From an uncultured archaeon (GTDB lineage: Archaea > Thermoproteota > Bathyarchaeia > Bathyarchaeales > Bathycorpusculaceae), in the NCBI GenBank assembly GCA_963782915.1, contig CAWALK010000023.1, positions 32,001-96,000 of the forward strand: a stretch of DNA of 64,000 nucleotides. The letters run 5' to 3'. A program made the position numbers and the translations under genes. Below, piece by piece: positions 61,072 through 64,000 of the stretch. Every line of letters begins with the position of its first letter. Within the stretch, counting starts at the first letter, position 1. Below the pieces are notes generated by a model. It saw only the letters and a list, made by a program, of their open reading frames with translations. It did not search any database and was not told the origin of the DNA.

Positions 61072-61431
61072 TTAGGCTCTTAGGATCGTTGACATGAAGC
61101 TTTTGATCTTGTCATGTGAGTTGAGGATGGTTTCTATGGTTTTTGCACCTTTATCTGTGAGTTTGTAGACTCTTTTGCGTTCTACCCATATGCCTTCCAC
61201 TAAGCCATTGCGTTCTAGTGAGTAGAGTAGGGAATAGACTGTGCCGGAGCTGACTAGGAAGCCGAATTTGTTGTGGATGTAGGATATTACGTCGTATCCG
61301 CTTATGGGACCGTTTTGGAGTTCAGCCATTATTATGGTGTCTAGGAAGGTTTTGATTACTCGTTCATGCATTTTTTTGATTATGCGGGCTTCTGATTTTT
61401 CGCCGTTTACTGATATTGTTAATGCGACCAA
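61072..61431 (-). CDS. PadR family transcriptional regulator
   Basis: PISGYDVI, SSGTVYSLLYSLERNGLV, RVYKLTDKG. Confidence 0.92.
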   Translation of the reverse strand: MVALTISVNGEKSEARIIKKMHERVIKTFLDTIIMAELQNGPISGYDVISYIHNKFGFLVSSGTVYSLLYSLERNGLVEGIWVERKRVYKLTDKGAKTIETILNSHDKIKSFMSTILRA

Positions 61432-61859
61432 TGTTTTGCACGCTCGTTGATTCTTTATTCTTGTTTAGAATATTAATAAGTTATTGACATAGAATTGGCA
61501 ATATTATAACAAGTCATGAAAAGTATGGACATGATATGTCGCCAGATGTCATCCTTAAGATGCAGTAAGCTTTTTTCTTGACTGGACTTTGATCCATCGC
61601 TTGTTGAACCATTGTAATATACAGTGAAATAATGTTGCCTTCAACAACCCTGTATTTACATGAAACAATCAATCGATTGGGGTCTAACCGCAGAAAAATT
61701 ACCTATTTCATATATATACAACCCCAAAGGCATAACCCGTTTTTACTATAAAACCGCCGATTTAGAGCCCAACACACCGAATTTATTAGTCACCGATATA
61801 TGTGCATGTTAACAAACGTTATCTCTGTTTTTGCGATACAAACTTTCGGTGTTAAGTAA

Positions 61860-63884
61860 TTGATCTCATGGAAATACACGTTTAAGCGATTAAATGAAGA
61901 ATACGAAATCGCCACAAAAAAGAAGCAGGCGTTAGATAACCTCTGCGCCACTGGCAAAATTTCGCAAGCAACCCGCGACTCATTCACAACTGATATAGTA
62001 ACAGCTATTGCCGATCTTGAAAAGCAGCGCCAAGACCTCGGAGAAAAAATGCAAGTAAAAACCACCGAGCTAGAAGGACAACTAAAAACCTTGGAAATGC
62101 TTCTCGCAAACTACGAAATCCAGCATGTAGTAGGCGAAATCGACGATGAAATCTACGGAAGAGAACTAGGTCTCCTCTCAAATATCCTCGACAACACAAA
62201 AAATGAATTAGGCACAATAAAGGACGCGACCAGCCAACTTTTTCCTGCCCCAAAAGCAGTCGAAGCTCCAGTAATCGCTGAGTCAGTTGCTCCAGTTGCA
62301 CAAGCGCCAATTATCTCAACTCCTGTAGAAGTCCCGGTTGAAACTGCCACAATCCAACCCGCAATCGTGGAAACAGTGACAGCCGCAGAAACTACATCCG
62401 TTGAAACAGCGCCAATTGAAGCCGCTCCGGTTATTGAAGCGCCAGTCGAAATAGTTCAAGCTGAAGCAGCGCCAGCGGAAATTGCCGCCCCAGTAGTCGA
62501 GGCAGCCCCCATTGTTGAGGCTCCCGTAGAGACTCCTGTTGAGGCAGCACCCGTTGAAGCTGTACCAGTTGAAGTTGCAGTTGTTGAAGCCCCCATCGTT
62601 GAGGCTCCAGTTGAAGCTGCACCAGTAGAAACAGTTGCAGTTGAAACTCCAGTTGTCGAGGTAGCAGCAGTTGAGGCAGCCGTTGAAGTTGCTCCAATTG
62701 AAGCAGCTCCAATCGAAGTTGCACCAGTTGTTGAAGAAGCAGTCGTTGAGGCTCCAGTAGTAGAAGCCGCTTCAGTTGAAGAAGTAGCAGTTATTGAAGC
62801 TCCAGTAGCAGAAGCAGCAGTAGTTGAGCAAGTTATCGAAGCTCCAGTCGTCGAAGTAGCAATTGAAGCTGCACCAGTAGAAACAGTTGCAGTCGAAGCC
62901 CCAGTTGTTGAGGCTGCTGCAGTTGAGCAAGCAGTTCCAGCAGTTGAAGCAGCTGCAATTGAAGAAACACCAGTCGTTGAAGCAGCGCCAGTTGAAGTAG
63001 CAGTTGTTGAAGCCCCAATCGTTGAGGCTCCAGTCGAAGCTGCACCAGTAATTGAAGAAGCAGCAGTTGAAGTTCCAGTTGTTGAGGCAGCCCCAGTTGA
63101 GGTTCCAGTTGAAGAAGCTCCAGCAATCATTGAAGCTCCAATCATCGAAGCCCCAGTTGAAGCAGCCCCAATGGAAGTAGTAGCTGAAGCAGTCGTTGAA
63201 GCTCCAGCAGTTGAAGCATCTATAGTTGAAATTGCAGCAGTTGAAGAAACTCCAGTTATCGAAGCCGCTGCAGTTGAGGAAGTTGCAGTTGCTGAGGCTC
63301 CGGTTGAAATCGTCAGCGAAGCAGTCGTTGAAGAAGCAGTTGCAGCTGAAGCAGTAATTGAAGAATCAGTCGTTGAAATTGCAGCTCCAGTAATTGAAGA
63401 AGCCGCTCAAATCGAGCAGTCAATAGTTGAAGAAGCAACCGTTGAAGTTCCAGCTATTGAGGCACAAGTTGAGGCTCCCGTTGAAGAAGCCCCAGCAGTC
63501 CTCGAAGCCCCAATACTCGAAGCTCCCGTTGAAACCGCAACCGTCGAAGAAGCTGCAATCGTTGAAGCTCCAGTTGTTGAAGCTCAAACAGAAGAAGCAG
63601 CAACCGAAGCAGCCGCAGAACCAGAACAAGTTATTGAAGCAGCTCCACTTCAAACATTCGAAGTAACCGAGCATGCAGCAACCGAAATCACACTCGAAAA
63701 AGTCATGGAACAAGCAATAGAAGAACAAATCGTTCAGCCAGTCATCGTGGAGGAGGCCCACGTTCCGGCCCACCCTTCAGAAGCGCCCACAGCGGCGCAT
63801 TCAGAAGTGGAAGCGGAAACAGCCGACCAAACCACCGACCAAACCCCCCAAGCAGAAGAAGACGAAGAAGACACAACTGAGTAA
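61860..63884 (+). CDS. CdvA-like coiled-coil protein with very long Glu/Ala/Val/Pro repeat tail
   Basis: N-terminal ~130 aa coiled coil (KKKQALDNL..GKISQ, HVVGEIDDE.Y) resembling CdvA; VEAAP-type repeats follow. Confidence 0.75.
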   Translation: MISWKYTFKRLNEEYEIATKKKQALDNLCATGKISQATRDSFTTDIVTAIADLEKQRQDLGEKMQVKTTELEGQLKTLEMLLANYEIQHVVGEIDDEIYGRELGLLSNILDNTKNELGTIKDATSQLFPAPKAVEAPVIAESVAPVAQAPIISTPVEVPVETATIQPAIVETVTAAETTSVETAPIEAAPVIEAPVEIVQAEAAPAEIAAPVVEAAPIVEAPVETPVEAAPVEAVPVEVAVVEAPIVEAPVEAAPVETVAVETPVVEVAAVEAAVEVAPIEAAPIEVAPVVEEAVVEAPVVEAASVEEVAVIEAPVAEAAVVEQVIEAPVVEVAIEAAPVETVAVEAPVVEAAAVEQAVPAVEAAAIEETPVVEAAPVEVAVVEAPIVEAPVEAAPVIEEAAVEVPVVEAAPVEVPVEEAPAIIEAPIIEAPVEAAPMEVVAEAVVEAPAVEASIVEIAAVEETPVIEAAAVEEVAVAEAPVEIVSEAVVEEAVAAEAVIEESVVEIAAPVIEEAAQIEQSIVEEATVEVPAIEAQVEAPVEEAPAVLEAPILEAPVETATVEEAAIVEAPVVEAQTEEAATEAAAEPEQVIEAAPLQTFEVTEHAATEITLEKVMEQAIEEQIVQPVIVEEAHVPAHPSEAPTAAHSEVEAETADQTTDQTPQAEEDEEDTTE

Positions 63885-63898
63885 GCTATAAAATAGCT

Positions 63899-63970
63899 TA
63901 TCTTTTCTTTTTGTTCTTAATTTTTTGTTTATTTTTTTTGTTATTTTGGTTTTTTGCGTTTTTATTTGTT
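63899..63970 (+). terminator. Oligo-T terminator region
   Basis: Multiple T4-T8 tracts immediately after the stop codon. Confidence 0.55.
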
Positions 63971-64000
63971 GTTGCTGTTTACGCTTCTTATTTCAACATT

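Noticed and set aside
62005-63773. Long antisense/alternate-frame ORFs over the CdvA-like tail
   Set aside because: Shadows produced by the repetitive GTT-GAA-GCN codon pattern.

Overview
Archaeal chromosomal window, most consistent with Bathyarchaeia (inference from RadA, Rqc2/NEMF, an EMC6-like gene, a CdvA-like protein, a stand-alone 5S rRNA and archaeal TATA promoters). Main blocks: (1) 1-15.6 kb mixed housekeeping/accessory genes (DedA-flippase fusion, UDG, GyrI-like, Rqc2, RadA, a fragmented wHTH regulator); (2) 15.7-33.7 kb cobalt uptake plus anaerobic corrin and tetrapyrrole biosynthesis (cbiM-N-Q fusion, cbiO, cbiH/G/F/L/T/E/D/C/X, hemA; divergently a domain-permuted amidotransferase, sirC, hemB/L/C, cobA, hemD); (3) 37.8-44.2 kb tandem array of six secreted membrane-anchored proteins separated by a conserved junction with a CTTGAC-N8-GTCAAG inverted repeat, followed by a (TAC)16 microsatellite; (4) small genes, 5S rRNA and a complete ISH3-type IS with TIRs and a 4-bp TSD; (5) a three-gene SNF2 helicase / Zn-finger protein / Mrr-like nuclease operon; (6) pyruvate kinase, tRNA-Lys(UUU), PadR and a CdvA-like protein with a ~530-aa acidic repeat tail. 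At least ten conserved genes carry single-base frameshifts, most likely assembly (long-read) indels. All product calls are from motif recognition by eye, without database searches. Best candidates for undescribed systems: the cassette-like surface-protein array and the SNF2-ZnF-nuclease operon.
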